DNA of 61,720 nucleotides from a virus (taxonomy: Duplodnaviria; Caudoviricetes), in the IMG/VR virus record IMGVR_UViG_3300035438_000178, positions 1-61,720 of that record, one strand, 5' to 3'. The notes beneath the pieces are model-generated. The model saw nothing but the letters and a program-made list of their open reading frames with translations. It was not told where the DNA came from and did not search any database. The translations under genes were made by a program, and so were the position numbers. Of this stretch, positions 46,832 through 59,500 are shown piece by piece; the stretch's first letter is position 1; every line of letters starts with the position of its first letter.

Positions 46832-47762
46832 TGGTATTAACTACCATAGGCTTATGGTTCCCTTGTTGCGGTTGACGCAAAATGGATTTAACTTCCATTG
46901 GATTCAAAAGATAAGTGAACTTAAGGATATGGACCTAGATAAGGTTGATAACCTTATCATTTCAAGGATGGCTCGAATCGAAGGACACGCAGAATTTAAG
47001 CGTATGCTTAAAGACCACGGCGTTAAATTGATTCTAGACAATGACGACTATTGGGAACTTGCTAAGCATAACCCAGCATTCTTTGCGTATTCTACAGATA
47101 TACGTCATCACATCAAGAAAACAATCAAGATTGCTGACGTGATATGGACTCCATCTCCGGCACTTGCTAAAGAGATGCAGCGTCTTAACCCAAAGGCTCA
47201 GATTGAGATAGTAAACAACGCTATCAATGAGTACGAAGACCAATGGGCTAATTGGAAGAAAACATCAGGTAGACAGCTTCACTTCGGGTATCTTGGGGCT
47301 GCTGCTCACAACAAGGACGCTAGGCTTATGAAGTACGAGTTCTATGGAAAAAACTTTGCTTGTCTACGCAAACTTGGGTACGAGCGAATCTTCAAGCCTA
47401 ACAAGGTGTGGCATCCAAAGGAGATTCAAGAGTATGGAGAGTTCTATCGTGAGATTGATGTATCTATCGCACCGCTTGAAACAACTCTGTTCAACCGATG
47501 CAAGAGTGACTTGAAGGTAACCGAGGCAGCTTGGACACGAACTGCACTTATTGCCTCAAATACAACTCCATACAAGGAGGTGATTAAGAATGGTGAAACG
47601 GGAATCCTATGTTCTACTCCACAAGAATGGAGAGAAGCAATAGAGTCAATGACCAAGAAGCGAGCACAGGAACTTGGGCATAACCTATATGAAGACCTAA
47701 AGAACAGCCCTAATCACAACCTTGACTTAGTTAATCAGAAACGAATTAAATACCTAATCTAA
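46800..47762 (+). CDS. GT-B glycosyltransferase
   Basis: GINYHRL..P, LILDNDDYW, NAI, GYLG..H..D, DVSIAPL...FNRCKSDLKVTEA. Confidence 0.8.
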   Translation: MVTVVHIDGLNGINYHRLMVPLLRLTQNGFNFHWIQKISELKDMDLDKVDNLIISRMARIEGHAEFKRMLKDHGVKLILDNDDYWELAKHNPAFFAYSTDIRHHIKKTIKIADVIWTPSPALAKEMQRLNPKAQIEIVNNAINEYEDQWANWKKTSGRQLHFGYLGAAAHNKDARLMKYEFYGKNFACLRKLGYERIFKPNKVWHPKEIQEYGEFYREIDVSIAPLETTLFNRCKSDLKVTEAAWTRTALIASNTTPYKEVIKNGETGILCSTPQEWREAIESMTKKRAQELGHNLYEDLKNSPNHNLDLVNQKRIKYLI

Positions 47763-48469
47763 TGAGCGATTTTATCAAAGAGTTCGAGGATGCTGCAAAT
47801 AAGCAGACCGACAAAGTAACACATCACGGATACCAACGATTCTATCCATACTTCCTACAAAAGTTTGTAGGTAATAATCCTAAGATTTTAGAGATTGGTA
47901 TTGAGTACGGAGGTTCTATGGTTTTGTGGAACAACTATTTAAAGAATGCCACTATATACGGCATTGATATTCAAGCAAAGCCTTCAAGCTTTGAGATGCG
48001 TATGTTTCAAGCCGACCAATCCAAAGAAGAGGATTTGGAACGCGTAATGAAAGAGATTGATTCTAAGCTCGATATAATTGTAGACGATGGCTCACACCAT
48101 CCTAAGCATCAGCTAGACACATTCGTGTATCTGTTCAAGCACCTTGCTGACGGAGGAGTATACATCATTGAGGACATCGAGACCAACTACTGGAAGTTAG
48201 CCGAACTATACGGATATAATATCAACTACGGAGTAGGACATCCTGAGTCACTGATTACAATCTTCAAGACAATCTCAGATTGTGTTAACTTAGAGATTGA
48301 CAAAACTGTGCTTTCTAATGATAAGCATATCCCTGTTTCTATACAGAAGAAGATTGAAATGATAACATTTGCTCACAATTGTATCATTATCGTGAAGAAA
48401 GATGAGCGATTCAAGAAATTCTACAACCGTGACTACATCTACACCTACTTCACTTCTGACGAAGCTTGA
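47762..48469 (+). CDS. Class I SAM-dependent (sugar O-)methyltransferase
   Basis: TDK..HGY..FY, ILEIGI..GGS, IYGIDI, DIIVDDGSH, GGVYIIEDI. Confidence 0.82.
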   Translation: MSDFIKEFEDAANKQTDKVTHHGYQRFYPYFLQKFVGNNPKILEIGIEYGGSMVLWNNYLKNATIYGIDIQAKPSSFEMRMFQADQSKEEDLERVMKEIDSKLDIIVDDGSHHPKHQLDTFVYLFKHLADGGVYIIEDIETNYWKLAELYGYNINYGVGHPESLITIFKTISDCVNLEIDKTVLSNDKHIPVSIQKKIEMITFAHNCIIIVKKDERFKKFYNRDYIYTYFTSDEA

Positions 48470-48875
48470 TGAAGGTACGCTGTTTGACTTGCTGAAGATG
48501 AAGATGATTGAGGACTTAACAATGTCCTCAACTCTTCACAGCGAGTTTGACTGCTACTCACGTAAGTATAGAGTTCTGATTGAACTCAAATGCAGAAAGG
48601 TACATTACGATACATTGCTTGTAGAACAAGGCAAGTACATAGATGTTATATCAAAAGCGTCTAGGCTTGGGTATAGACCCATCTACATCAACTCAACCCC
48701 AGAAGGAATTTGGGCATTTGATTTAAGCAAGGTAGAGCGAACAGCGTGGAAATATCAGATGATGCCATCTTATACTGAGATAGCAAACAACTCGTATCCT
48801 GCTAGAAAAGTAGCTAAAACTGTCGCCTACCTACACGTAGACGATGCTATCAGCCTTGCCCAACGCTTAGCTTAG
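48402..48875 (+). CDS. PD-(D/E)XK nuclease-like protein
   Basis: FDCYS....IELKCR..HYDTLLVE..KY, YINSTPEG. Confidence 0.65.
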   Translation: MSDSRNSTTVTTSTPTSLLTKLDEGTLFDLLKMKMIEDLTMSSTLHSEFDCYSRKYRVLIELKCRKVHYDTLLVEQGKYIDVISKASRLGYRPIYINSTPEGIWAFDLSKVERTAWKYQMMPSYTEIANNSYPARKVAKTVAYLHVDDAISLAQRLA

Positions 48876-48987
48876 CGTAATGCTTACTTCCCTTACTCTT
48901 AGAGTATTTCGTCTTTGAGTGTACACCGGGACGACGACGCTTAGGCTTATGCATAAACACAGCCTTGAGTTCTTTTACTTTAGCCAC
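48850..48987 (-). CDS. Small basic protein (not in ORF track)
   Basis: MAKVKELKAVFMHKPKRRRPGVHSKTKYSKSKGSKHYAKLSVGQG*; RPGVH..GQG pattern common in aquatic phages; GTG start. Confidence 0.6.
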   Translation of the reverse strand: MAKVKELKAVFMHKPKRRRPGVHSKTKYSKSKGSKHYAKLSVGQG

Positions 48988-49399
48988 CGTAGATTATTAC
49001 TAAGTTCATTAAAGTTAGGATGCCGAATAACCATCCGAATGTAATAAAAAAATCAGATTGAGACATAGGCTGAACCTGATTTCTCTTGAATTTTAATTCA
49101 TTGTACTGGTCCATAGCACCCTTAAGTCCAAGCTGTGATACTTGGAATTGGTATTCACAATACTGAAGTGCTCCAAGAAGGCTGTCTTTTTGCTGCTGAG
49201 TTATCAGTTCTCTATCCGCCATTTGACGAATAGTAACATTCATCTCTACGAAGCGCTTATTCATAGCCTCCGCCTGAGCTTTAGTCATAATGACTACAGT
49301 ATCCTTATTTTCGATTCGCTGAGTCGGATACTGCTTCGATTGCGAAAATGCTAAATGGCTTACCACCAATAGAAGAATCGTGAGCAATTTTCTTTTCAT
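48980..49399 (-). CDS. Signal-peptide/coiled-coil/C-terminal-TM protein (lysis or spanin-like)
   Basis: N-terminal signal, heptads, C-terminal TM. Confidence 0.5.
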   Translation of the reverse strand: MKRKLLTILLLVVSHLAFSQSKQYPTQRIENKDTVVIMTKAQAEAMNKRFVEMNVTIRQMADRELITQQQKDSLLGALQYCEYQFQVSQLGLKGAMDQYNELKFKRNQVQPMSQSDFFITFGWLFGILTLMNLVIIYGG

Positions 49400-49688
49400 A
49401 GCTTACAACAATTGCCTGAGTTTCTACCAACTTCTGATTAGCTACAAGAACCTCTTGTTTAAGTTCTTTAACCTCGGCCTTCATCTCTTGTACTTTATTC
49501 GTAACTACATTATCTATCGCCCGATTAAGACGAACAGCCTTTTGATGATGTTCAGCAGATTTAGCAATAAGCAAATCTATTTCATCAACTTCTGGCTTAT
49601 TCTTTTCATTTCCAGCGAATAACACTGGCAAAAAGAACAATGCTGTTATCAAAGCAGCAAAGAATAGAGTAGTTTGAGATTTCATCAC
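49305..49688 (-). CDS. TM-anchored coiled-coil protein (i-spanin-like)
   Basis: N-terminal TM then coiled coil; overlaps the next gene. Confidence 0.5.
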   Translation of the reverse strand: MMKSQTTLFFAALITALFFLPVLFAGNEKNKPEVDEIDLLIAKSAEHHQKAVRLNRAIDNVVTNKVQEMKAEVKELKQEVLVANQKLVETQAIVVSYEKKIAHDSSIGGKPFSIFAIEAVSDSANRK

Positions 49689-49936
49689 TTGAAGTTTTCA
49701 GACATTTCAATTTTTGCTATTGAATATCCAAGTGTAGAGTCACTTCTACGGACGTGATTGGTAAGCTTGTCTACTTTCTGATTCAGTATCTGAACTTCAT
49801 CATCGCACTTACCAAGCTGGTCTGCCGCAGACATTTTAATGTCTACATACAGATACCCAACAGCAACTATGAGGATAAACAATAAACCTTTTACCGGGTC
49901 TTTACTAAATTGCTCAAAAGAAATTGGCGGCTTCAT
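49685..49936 (-). CDS. Small membrane protein (holin-like)
   Basis: One TM segment plus coiled coil. Confidence 0.5.
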   Translation of the reverse strand: MKPPISFEQFSKDPVKGLLFILIVAVGYLYVDIKMSAADQLGKCDDEVQILNQKVDKLTNHVRRSDSTLGYSIAKIEMSENFK

Positions 49937-50367
49937 TACAGCTTCTTATCTATGATTTTCTTCACTCCGAAGATAGTTATAAAAATGATGAGCAATTTCC
50001 ACCACAAACCATCGTACCACTTGCGCTTATCCTCATATATTACTTGAGGAGGACACTCAACTTGTACGTAATGAGGGACTTTAATCTCCTTGATTTTTGT
50101 CTTAACAACCAATACTTCATTGCCAAACTCATCTTTGATTTTGGAGATTACCAAACGCAAAGAGTCGTTTTCAATTACAGAACTATCGTTAAGCGCAGGA
50201 ACTCGAATAGTATCCCGACGAATAATCGGAGGTATCTTCACAGTGTCCCATTTCGTAACAACCGTGGGCCTCAGGATAGAAGGGTCTTTCTTCTTGGCTT
50301 GAGTCAGATGCCACTGGGCGCTGCAAGAGCTTAGTAATACGAGTACGAAAATCGGAAGCCATTTCAT
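49936..50367 (-). CDS. Lipoprotein with C-terminal TM (unimolecular spanin-like)
   Basis: LLSSC lipobox, beta-rich middle, C-terminal WWKLLIIFITIFGVKK. Confidence 0.6.
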   Translation of the reverse strand: MKWLPIFVLVLLSSCSAQWHLTQAKKKDPSILRPTVVTKWDTVKIPPIIRRDTIRVPALNDSSVIENDSLRLVISKIKDEFGNEVLVVKTKIKEIKVPHYVQVECPPQVIYEDKRKWYDGLWWKLLIIFITIFGVKKIIDKKL

Positions 50368-50588
50368 TTCTTACCCATAAACTTGTCAATAGACGTACCG
50401 AACAATGCACCAATTACGATGTATTGAACAGCCTGAACTAAGTCTGGAGACGGTGCAATCTCTTGATGGCTAAAGCTGTTGGCTACCATCGTGAATGCAA
50501 GGATAAAAAACCCCGCTACTCCGACAAATCGCTTTGCCGAAATAGTGCCCTCTTGCGGGGATAACAGGTTGTATAAGAACTCTTTCAT
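50364..50588 (-). CDS. Holin-like two-TM protein
   Basis: ISAKRFVG motif and two TM segments. Confidence 0.6.
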   Translation of the reverse strand: MKEFLYNLLSPQEGTISAKRFVGVAGFFILAFTMVANSFSHQEIAPSPDLVQAVQYIVIGALFGTSIDKFMGKK

Positions 50589-50597
50589 AGTACAAAT

Positions 50598-53500
50598 TTA
50601 CTTTTTATTATAAAGCTCTCTGAAGGTCACATAGAACTCCTCATTAGGACGGAAACCTGTTGATTTCAGGTCTTCAAAGGCGTCATTTATCTCCTCAGAA
50701 CTCATTTTTCCAAACTTCTCGTAGAACATCTTAGCAGCAATTGTAGGCGTCTCCGCATAGCGAATGCTCAACATACTACGCTGCTCATCTGTCCGTGCCA
50801 ACTCGTAGAAATACTTGCGTGCAATACGCTCACGCTTAGCTTCAGGAAGGCTGTTAAGTACGCGCTTGATTTCAGCAACATTACGCTTCTTGGTCTTCAA
50901 CTCTTGACGAGCCAAAGATTTAATCTTTTCAGATGCAATGTAGTCCTCAGTGCCTTCCTCCAACTTTATCTCTTCAGCCTTGCTTCCCTTTTTAACGTAG
51001 TCACGCCACTTAGGACTTGTATCACGAATGAATATTTTAACAGGCGCATTCAGAGCACGGCTAACTTCCTGACTGACAACATCAGAAGCTTTGGTTTCTT
51101 TCTTCTCCTGAGACAAGTCGATATCCTCTGCGCCAACAACAGCTGCTGTTGCACGAGATGCGACATCTAAGAATCCGTAAGCAATACCTACCAAGAAGTT
51201 AGTGCTAGGCTGAGTAATAACAGATTCAACACCAGCCTTCAAGCGAGGTGCAGAGATGTCCGGAATGAACTCACTTTCAGAAGCTTTAGCAATAGCCTTG
51301 TAGAAGAACTCTACCTTATCATTCTCACGCTCCTCAGCGTATGGCTTTATCTTTCCAAAGAACTGCTCAGGTACAATAGTAGCGTTACGGAAAGAGTCGT
51401 AGTTAAAGAATGCTTTAGCGATAGCATTGAACGTAGGTATACGAGAGAACAAGTCTGAAGCATTATCAATTCCCGGAACAAAGAAGGGAACAGAGTCAGC
51501 CATATTTTCCCAAATAGCCTTAATCTCATCCTCAGAGTATCCTTTAGACTCTCCAGTATTGATGTAGTGTGCCCAAGAACGTGCAACCGTCTCTACCGCT
51601 GTGGTTAGAGGTACAAGTTGCTGTACTTTCTTAATACGCAAATACTTACGAGTACCGTCTTCATTCTTTACTGGAAGAAGGATAACGTGATAACGGTGAC
51701 GGATATATGGGTCAATATCTTCGTAGTCATCATCACTGTAGGCAAGTATGTTGTACATAACAAGACCCATAAGTCCTCCCGCATACTGAGCAAACTTGAC
51801 TGCAAAAGCTTGAGGATTGTCCTTGATTCCCTTAAATGTTGCATACGTTGCTTGGAACGCTACGTTCAAGTATGGTGAAATAGCATCCAAGTCCTTAGTC
51901 AGTGAACCACCCTTGCTGAAGTCAACAATGTCGCGAGCTTCAGCAGCAGCCATAAACTTGATTTTCTCAATGCCTTCAGCAGTCTTCGCCAAATCAGGGA
52001 ACTCTTGCTTAAGGTTCTCAATCATACGGCGATATACAGCCAATCGGAGACCAATTTCAAACGCTTCACCCGTGTAGGCAATGCCTTTTGTGAATTTGTC
52101 CCATCTTTTAGCTAGGTTGTACTCAAGTTTATTCTTGTACTTATCCTTGAATCGGTACTCAGGACGGAACTCCTGACTCATAAAGGACATACCACCTCCG
52201 TGAGCAAAGTAATCTTGCAGGATTTCCTTATCCCTCACCTTGCTGTAGATGCCATAGGAGTAATCCTTAGCCATCTTGAGCAATGCGATAGGCAAGAAGC
52301 TGTCCTTTCCGTAGACACGTGAACGTGACATAATTACGTTCAATGCTTCAGGAACAGCCAAGCCAAATCCAAACGTAGGGTTGTATCCGGTAGCAAAGAT
52401 TCTAAGGATAGGCGCACCTGCAAGAGCAGAAAGGACTTTCTTAAACCGTCCACCTAATCCAAAGAAGCTCTTGTTCATATCCTGCCACTGCTCGTACAGG
52501 TCATTACGCATCTGTACAGCGCGAAGCTTACCTCCCTCTTTGTAGTATACGTTAGTGAATCCTTCATCAGCAGGGTCAAAGACTTCATTACCATACTTAT
52601 CAGTAGCAACATCACCATTTGACAGAGTTTTGTTGTTTGCCTTACGCAACCACAAAGCATTGTCAGGAGTAGTTCCCTTAGCTAATTCAGCAGTAGCAAT
52701 GTTCTCAAAACGCTTAGCCTCAGCAGCTTTGAATGCGAAGGACAACAGCATCTTAGAGTCCATAAGCAAATTCCCTTCGCTACCTTCTTCGATAGCCTTC
52801 AGGACATCTTGCTTAAGTCCAGTTCCGGCGCGCTCAAACACCTCATTATCAAGATTCTCGAAAATCTTTTCAATGAATTTACGAGGCTCGTAATCGTCCT
52901 TGATGAATCGCTCTAAAGTCTGTTCATCAATCAAACCGTTTTGGTAGTACGAACGCAGAATGTTTCTGAACTGGTCAAAATACGCATCTGCATACATATT
53001 CAGCTCGTTGAACTTGCGGTTACCAAGCTTTCTTTGAAGAGCACCAGTAGCTTGAATACACTGCTCAGCGTTCAATCCCTTAGGATGCTTTGGACGGACA
53101 GCATACTGCTCAACACGCTCTTTTAGTGAATCAAGTTCAGCCTTTGCACGAATCAAATCATTCTCAAGAGAGGCAATAGCCTTCTTATCAGGCTTAGCCT
53201 TCTTCTTTTCCTCGCGGATTAGAGCATTCGTAATTGATTTAGTTTCATCGTAGTTGTTCCGAGCATTTTTATAGCTGTCCTCTGTCGCCTTCTTGCGCTC
53301 ATCCCAATTAGAATCAATCTGAATGATACGACGCATCAAGATTAACTGGTCTAAAAGCTCAATATCTGCCCGGCTAAGTTTACCATAGATAGCATTCTCA
53401 GCCTTCTCAAACAGATACGTAGCATTAGCAAAAGCTCCAGCACGCAACGTGAGTAGGTTTTCTGCAAACTCAAGGTTACCCTCAACCATAGCGTCACGCA

Positions 53501-56500
53501 CATCTGCCTGTCTGTCTAACCAAGCATTCTTAGAGAAGATAGTCTTCTGAAACTTATTGAATGCAGACATACGACTAGCGTACTCTTTGTCAGAGTCATA
53601 AGAAGCCTCAGCAACTTTATCCAAAGCCTTATCCTCCTTAGCCTCTTCTGTAGGGTCAAGCTTGAATTTGCGTGAAAATTTCACCGCAGACTTGGTGAAT
53701 ACTGTCTCTCCATTTAAGTTACGTAAAACTTTTGGAAAAGGTATAACCTCACCAACTTCACTATAGGCGTTAAATTGCTCAGAAAAGTCACGGACCTCAT
53801 AATAGTCCATATTTTTTGTCTCCTCTGGTGACAATATCAACCTACCATTATATTGATTAATTAATCTTTCAATATTAGCAGCTCCTGAATAACTACTTTG
53901 ATTAAAATTATCATAATCACTTTCGGTTTCCTTAGGATTCGGAACCGCATTAAAAGCATATACTGCTAAAGAATTGTCACTAAATGTTACAACGCGAGCA
54001 ATTTCGGTTCCTGACTTTAGTGTAAAACTCGGACCAACACTTCTAGCATATGCCTTGTTATATAAAATTTTTCTTCTTAAGTTATTTCCTTCAAACTGTT
54101 GAATGGTATTCATTATACCTTCAGCAATCTTTTTCTGTTCAGGTGATGATGATTTAGAATCTATTGTTTTTGTTACATTTTTTTCAAATTTCTTGTAATA
54201 AGGGTGACTTCTGTCATCCCCTGCGGCAGCAAAGCTAACTGTAGCATATTCAACGTCAGGAAACATTTTAGGGATTAATGCAACAACACGCTGAAAATTT
54301 CTAGCTGTATCTAAATAAGGAGGTACGTTAGAGTATGTGAAAATATCTGAACTAAATGCTATATATACATTTTTACCAATAGGGTCATATGTAGCATCAA
54401 TAGTATAAGTGTCTTTTAGAGTAGTGCCTTTTATATCCTCTGGTATTACATCAAGACCCAAATATGTTTCTGGAACAACCCACTCAACATCAAATGATTT
54501 TTTTCTCTGTAATTCATTACTTTGCATTTTTACTCCAGCATCATCAAGAATTGACCTGACATCAGAAACAGTAAGAACCTTATCTAAAAGTTCTTTTGGT
54601 GGTGTTCGAGATGTAGCTTTTTTAGCACTGTCAGAAATGAAATCTATTGCTTTTCCATTTACGAACGAACGCATAAATTCAGGTGAGTTAATATCTATTT
54701 GAAATAAATTTAACTCTTGTCTTCCCATTCGAAAACTTCCCGGACCAATTCCAATAAGATTAGGTGATGCGTCTGAAATTGCTTTAGAATTTGTAATCCT
54801 ATCAGGATTTGCACCACTATTACCTTCTTTAATTGCAGACTTAGCAGAATCAATCATTTCTTGAATATCGCTATGAAAGTCTAAAACTGAAGGGAACCTA
54901 GTAGGATTTAGTAAACTACTGTAAAGACTAGTAAAATGATATACAAATTTTGAAGTCTGTTCAACATAAAGAGCGAAAGCGTTAGTTACTTCAGGAGAAT
55001 CTATATCTAATCCTTCGACTTTAGAATACTCATTTTCAAGGTCATAAGTAGCTGAAACATTATATTTATCAATTCCTGCTAAACGTACTTGATTATCTGA
55101 GTCAGTACCAATATAATAGATGAAATATGTTTTTGGGTTATCCCTATATAATATAGGAAGTGTTTTTGTTTTATAAGCCTTCTCTATAGCATCGTTTATC
55201 ATATCATCATAACCACCCAGTATTGTTGAGTCATCTGGGTCATAATTAAGTGTAGCTTTAGATATTATAGAATAGTCATTGAAACTTGTTAAATTATTCT
55301 CTAGTTTGTCTTTTAAGTATTGAGAAATGATAAGTGCCCTTTGCTTTGGTTCAAGAGATACACTACCAAAAGAAGTAGCTTCAATTAGTTTATCAAAATT
55401 ATTTATATCTATTTTACTAAAAACATCAATCAATTTATCTGTTGCATCCATTTTTACGTTAAATAACTCATCAATGTCCCCTTTGAAAAAAGAACTTGTT
55501 GACTTATAGTTAAAAACAGAAGCCTGAAACTCATACATATTACTAATTAAGTTAGTACCAGAGGTAAATAAAGAACTAAGGAACAACTTTGCTTCATCAC
55601 TGAGACGTTTTATCCCAAAGTCGTATCCTCCTACAGTTCTTGACTCATTTAAAGCATCATCATAAGCCACTACATCAAGCTGAAGGCCTTGATAAGCAGC
55701 GTCAGTGTTGACCATTTTAGAAGCAATAATGTCCTGTAATGTATCAAGAGTAGTCTTATATGCTTCAGTTGATAAAGAAGGCAATTCAGTATTTTGCTTG
55801 ATTATCTGTGATAAATCATCAAGTCGTGACTTTACATTAAAGTCCTCAATAGACAGATTAGTTTTCTCTAACTGTTCATTAAACTCTTTTATAGATTCAT
55901 CAACTATTGCTTTTACTACCTTATTATTGTTTACATCATCATCACTGTAAGTCAATGAATACTCAGCTAAAGCATCTGAGATAGCTATGTAAGCAAGCTG
56001 AGTTTTGGTTTCTATGTTAGCCGTATTTAAGAATTTGCCGAACTCTAAATTCTTTATGCCAGTTGCAGCGCGAGCAGAAGCAACTTCTAACAATTTTTCA
56101 TAAGATGCTCTTGCAATAGACAAAAGACCATCACCTTCAATATTCTTTCCGCTTACAACTCTGTCAATTACAGATGAATAGAACTGCTTGTTACGTTGTT
56201 TTACAATGTCAAAAAACAATGCACCATAAGAAAACATTGCTTGGTCCCTGCTTTTTGCATCTGCATTTACAAATACTACCTTATTAGTTGGTTTGTCTAA
56301 ATCAATGTCGTAACCTTTTGATTTAAAAAACTCCAATGCTTCCTTGCCATATTTTACACCAAGCATTTTTTTGAAATCATCCAAGAACTCAACCTTAGAT
56401 GTAAAATCAAACTTTGCTGTGTCAGACTTGACAAAAATTAATGGTACATTCAATTTTTTAGCAAAGTGCTCAAGGACAGTCATTGAGTTGAGCAAAGGCT

Positions 56501-59500
56501 CAGAAACCTCATCCTGAATATTTTTTGCATCTAAAATCTCTTTTTCCATCACCAGCATAGATGGCTTGTCTTCCAAGAAACGCTGAACAAATTGAATAGC
56601 CTCAGGTTCACCAATAGAAAACTTGAGAGATTTGATTGCATTTGCTTGAGGTCCAGATTGTTTAATCTTGACAGCCTGACCAGCCTCAAAAGCTTGATTC
56701 ATAAGATTCAAGAAGTCAAACACTTCCTTCTTACTCTTCAATCTCTTCTCAACACCAAAGAACTTCAGAATATTGTTTACGAAGTCGACAATCTTCTCAA
56801 ACGTAGAAGTCTCAGGCTTGATTTGGTTGTACAGCTCAGGCTGAGAGAATTGAGCAACAAACTCAACAAAAATCTCCTCCATATCTGCATTGTTGATGAC
56901 TTGACGCATCTTACGTGCAGCAGCAGTACGAGACAACTCTTCAGGAAGAGTGTCGATAATGTCCATAATGATACGCGAGGCACGGAACTGGAATGTCCGG
57001 TCTTCACGTGAAATAGCATCAAGGATAGGGTGAAGGATTTCGTGACGAATGACACGCATTTGGTCTTTCGCAATCTGTCCATTCATATCAGGAGTCACCA
57101 ATACGTGGATTTGCTTATCCTTCGCATTGTAGTATCCTTCAATTTCGAAATCAGGTCGCTCAGCAAGGCTCTCGTAAAGAGACTCCTTATTGTAGTGCAA
57201 CACAAGATTTACATCAGGAAGGACAGAATATAAGGTGCTCAAGTAGCGATTGATAACCTCGGCAGTCTTCTTGTTGAGACGCTTAGATAGGTTACCAATT
57301 CCAATAACTTCAACATCACGGGCAGCAACAGCCTCCTCCTTTGTTTGAACTTCAGGACGTGGTTTTGCTGGTACTTTGGTTTTCTTCTCGACCTGCTTAG
57401 TAACCTTCTCGTAGGCTTGGTCAAACTCATACTGAGGAATAGCTCCAAGCTGACGAATCTTGCCTTCAATGGCTAAATCCATAGCAAGGTTTAGGTCAGA
57501 AGTAGTTGGTTTTCCAAGTACAGTTCGCTCCGAACGGTTACGAATGGTAATGGTACGAGCAGATACAGGCTGTCCCTTAGGGGTAGCGCTGCGTACAACT
57601 ACACCATCAATATTACCGAACTCATCAAGTGATGATTCAACGTATTCGATAGCATCATAGTTAGGGAATACGCCTTTCTCACGGCCTACTTCTCTCTTGC
57701 GCTTGAATACAACAACATCAACAGTTCCGTCTTCTTGAACTTCTAGATAGGAGCGTTCTCCGGGCTTTTCATTTCCGGTTGAGACTGGGGCATAGTTGAC
57801 TCTTTCGCTGAGGTTGAGTTTGCCTTGCGGTTTGACGCTAATTTTTGGAGTTCGTTTAGGAGCTCCAACTGGGACTTCCGTGGTAACTTCCTCAGTTGTA
57901 ATAGCTGTTTTGTTGTCATAATAATCGATTTCGTTGAATTTATCAGTAAGTACATCGGTGTATACCTGCTTTTCATCCTCTGGAATATCTAATGCTTGAA
58001 CTTCATCAATAGCTTGGATAATCTGTTCCTGAGCTGTATTGGCATCATTAATGTCGACTTCCTGATTCTGAGCCATTGCTTCAAAAACAGGTAAAGCATC
58101 AACACGAGTAGCAATCTTGTCAGCGTCAGTTTCTACTTTGACTTCTTCGCCAGTTTCTTGAACCACTCCACCTGCTTGAGGCGCTGCTTGGCCTCCTTCA
58201 GTGACAGGTTCGACTTTGACAGGGGCTTGCCCTCCTTGCTCTGGACTTGGTACTTGCCCTTTTTCGAGATTATCATACTTGTACTTTTCAGTAATGTTCT
58301 TAATCTGAGAGTATGTGTCGAGCATTTGCGTCTTCATAGAGTCACGAACCTCATCGTTCGTGCTTTCCATCCGAGACTTAGCAAGTTGCTCTAAATCAGA
58401 ATTCAAGGCATAGACCTTTGCTTGGTCATCCTTAGTCATATTCTCAAAGAAGGCAACACTTGATTTGACTTCTCCGTCACGACGCTTAGTCAAGTCTAAA
58501 ATGTCTTTGGTAAGTGCATAACGCTCCTCAGGAGTTTGAGCCTCCGACATTGCATTACGCTTGACTTCTAGAGCCTTATTAATTTTTGTTACTTCAAAGT
58601 TTCTTCCAATACGACCAGCTAGGTATACAGGTGTAGATGCAGTAGCACCAGCACCAGTAATAATACCAGCCATACCTAAGCCAGCAGCTCCAGAACGAAC
58701 AGCAGCCTCAATTATTCCACTAGCTGTTACCTCTTCTCCTTTTGCTGCGTTATCAATAACGTATTGAGATGCACCAGTAAAAGCTTCACCAAGTGATTCT
58801 TCAGTTAAGTTTACAGCACCCCCCTTAATAAGGCCGGTAAAATATTCGTTAAATGTTTTCTTAGCAGCAGCCTTTCCTCCAGCGTCAACAACTCCACGCA
58901 TAGCACGAGTAAGTACCCTTCCTCCAACAACCTCTCCGACAGCCTCAGTAGCACCCATTGCTGAAACATAGCCTAATGCTTCAACATCAGACATATCCTT
59001 GAACCACTTCTCATTTTTGACATCGCCATAAGATTGAGCAGCGGAAAGAGCAGCCATAGTAGCATAAGATGCAGCCGGGCCACCAGCGAAATTGGCAGCA
59101 GCTGCGATACCCATAAGTGGAGCACTTTGGGCTGTGGTATTCAGCGCTATGCGTGCAGCATTAGAGAAGTCACCATCGGTAAGAGCATCATAAAAATCTT
59201 GCTCAAACTTAGTCGTATTCAAATTGAATTCTTTCTGCTGAAGCTGTCTGCTAGACTCAAGCGGGAGTCCGAATGAATCAACCTCTACTCCTATAGCTGA
59301 ACGAATACCATAATCTAAATTACCTATACCTGATGCAAGGTTATAAACAAAGTCCTTGAATATGTTTTGGTCATTGTAACGCTTGTCTCCACTCAAATCA
59401 AGAGAAATTCCTTGATTTATAAACAAGTCATTCTCAACTTTCTTTAGATACTCTTTGTCGTTTCGCTTATCCTCAGGGAGTTTGTCAAGAATCTCTTGCT

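Noticed and set aside
47762-48469. DNA methyltransferase call
   Set aside because: No DPPY/NPPY or PC motif; motifs match small-molecule O-methyltransferases
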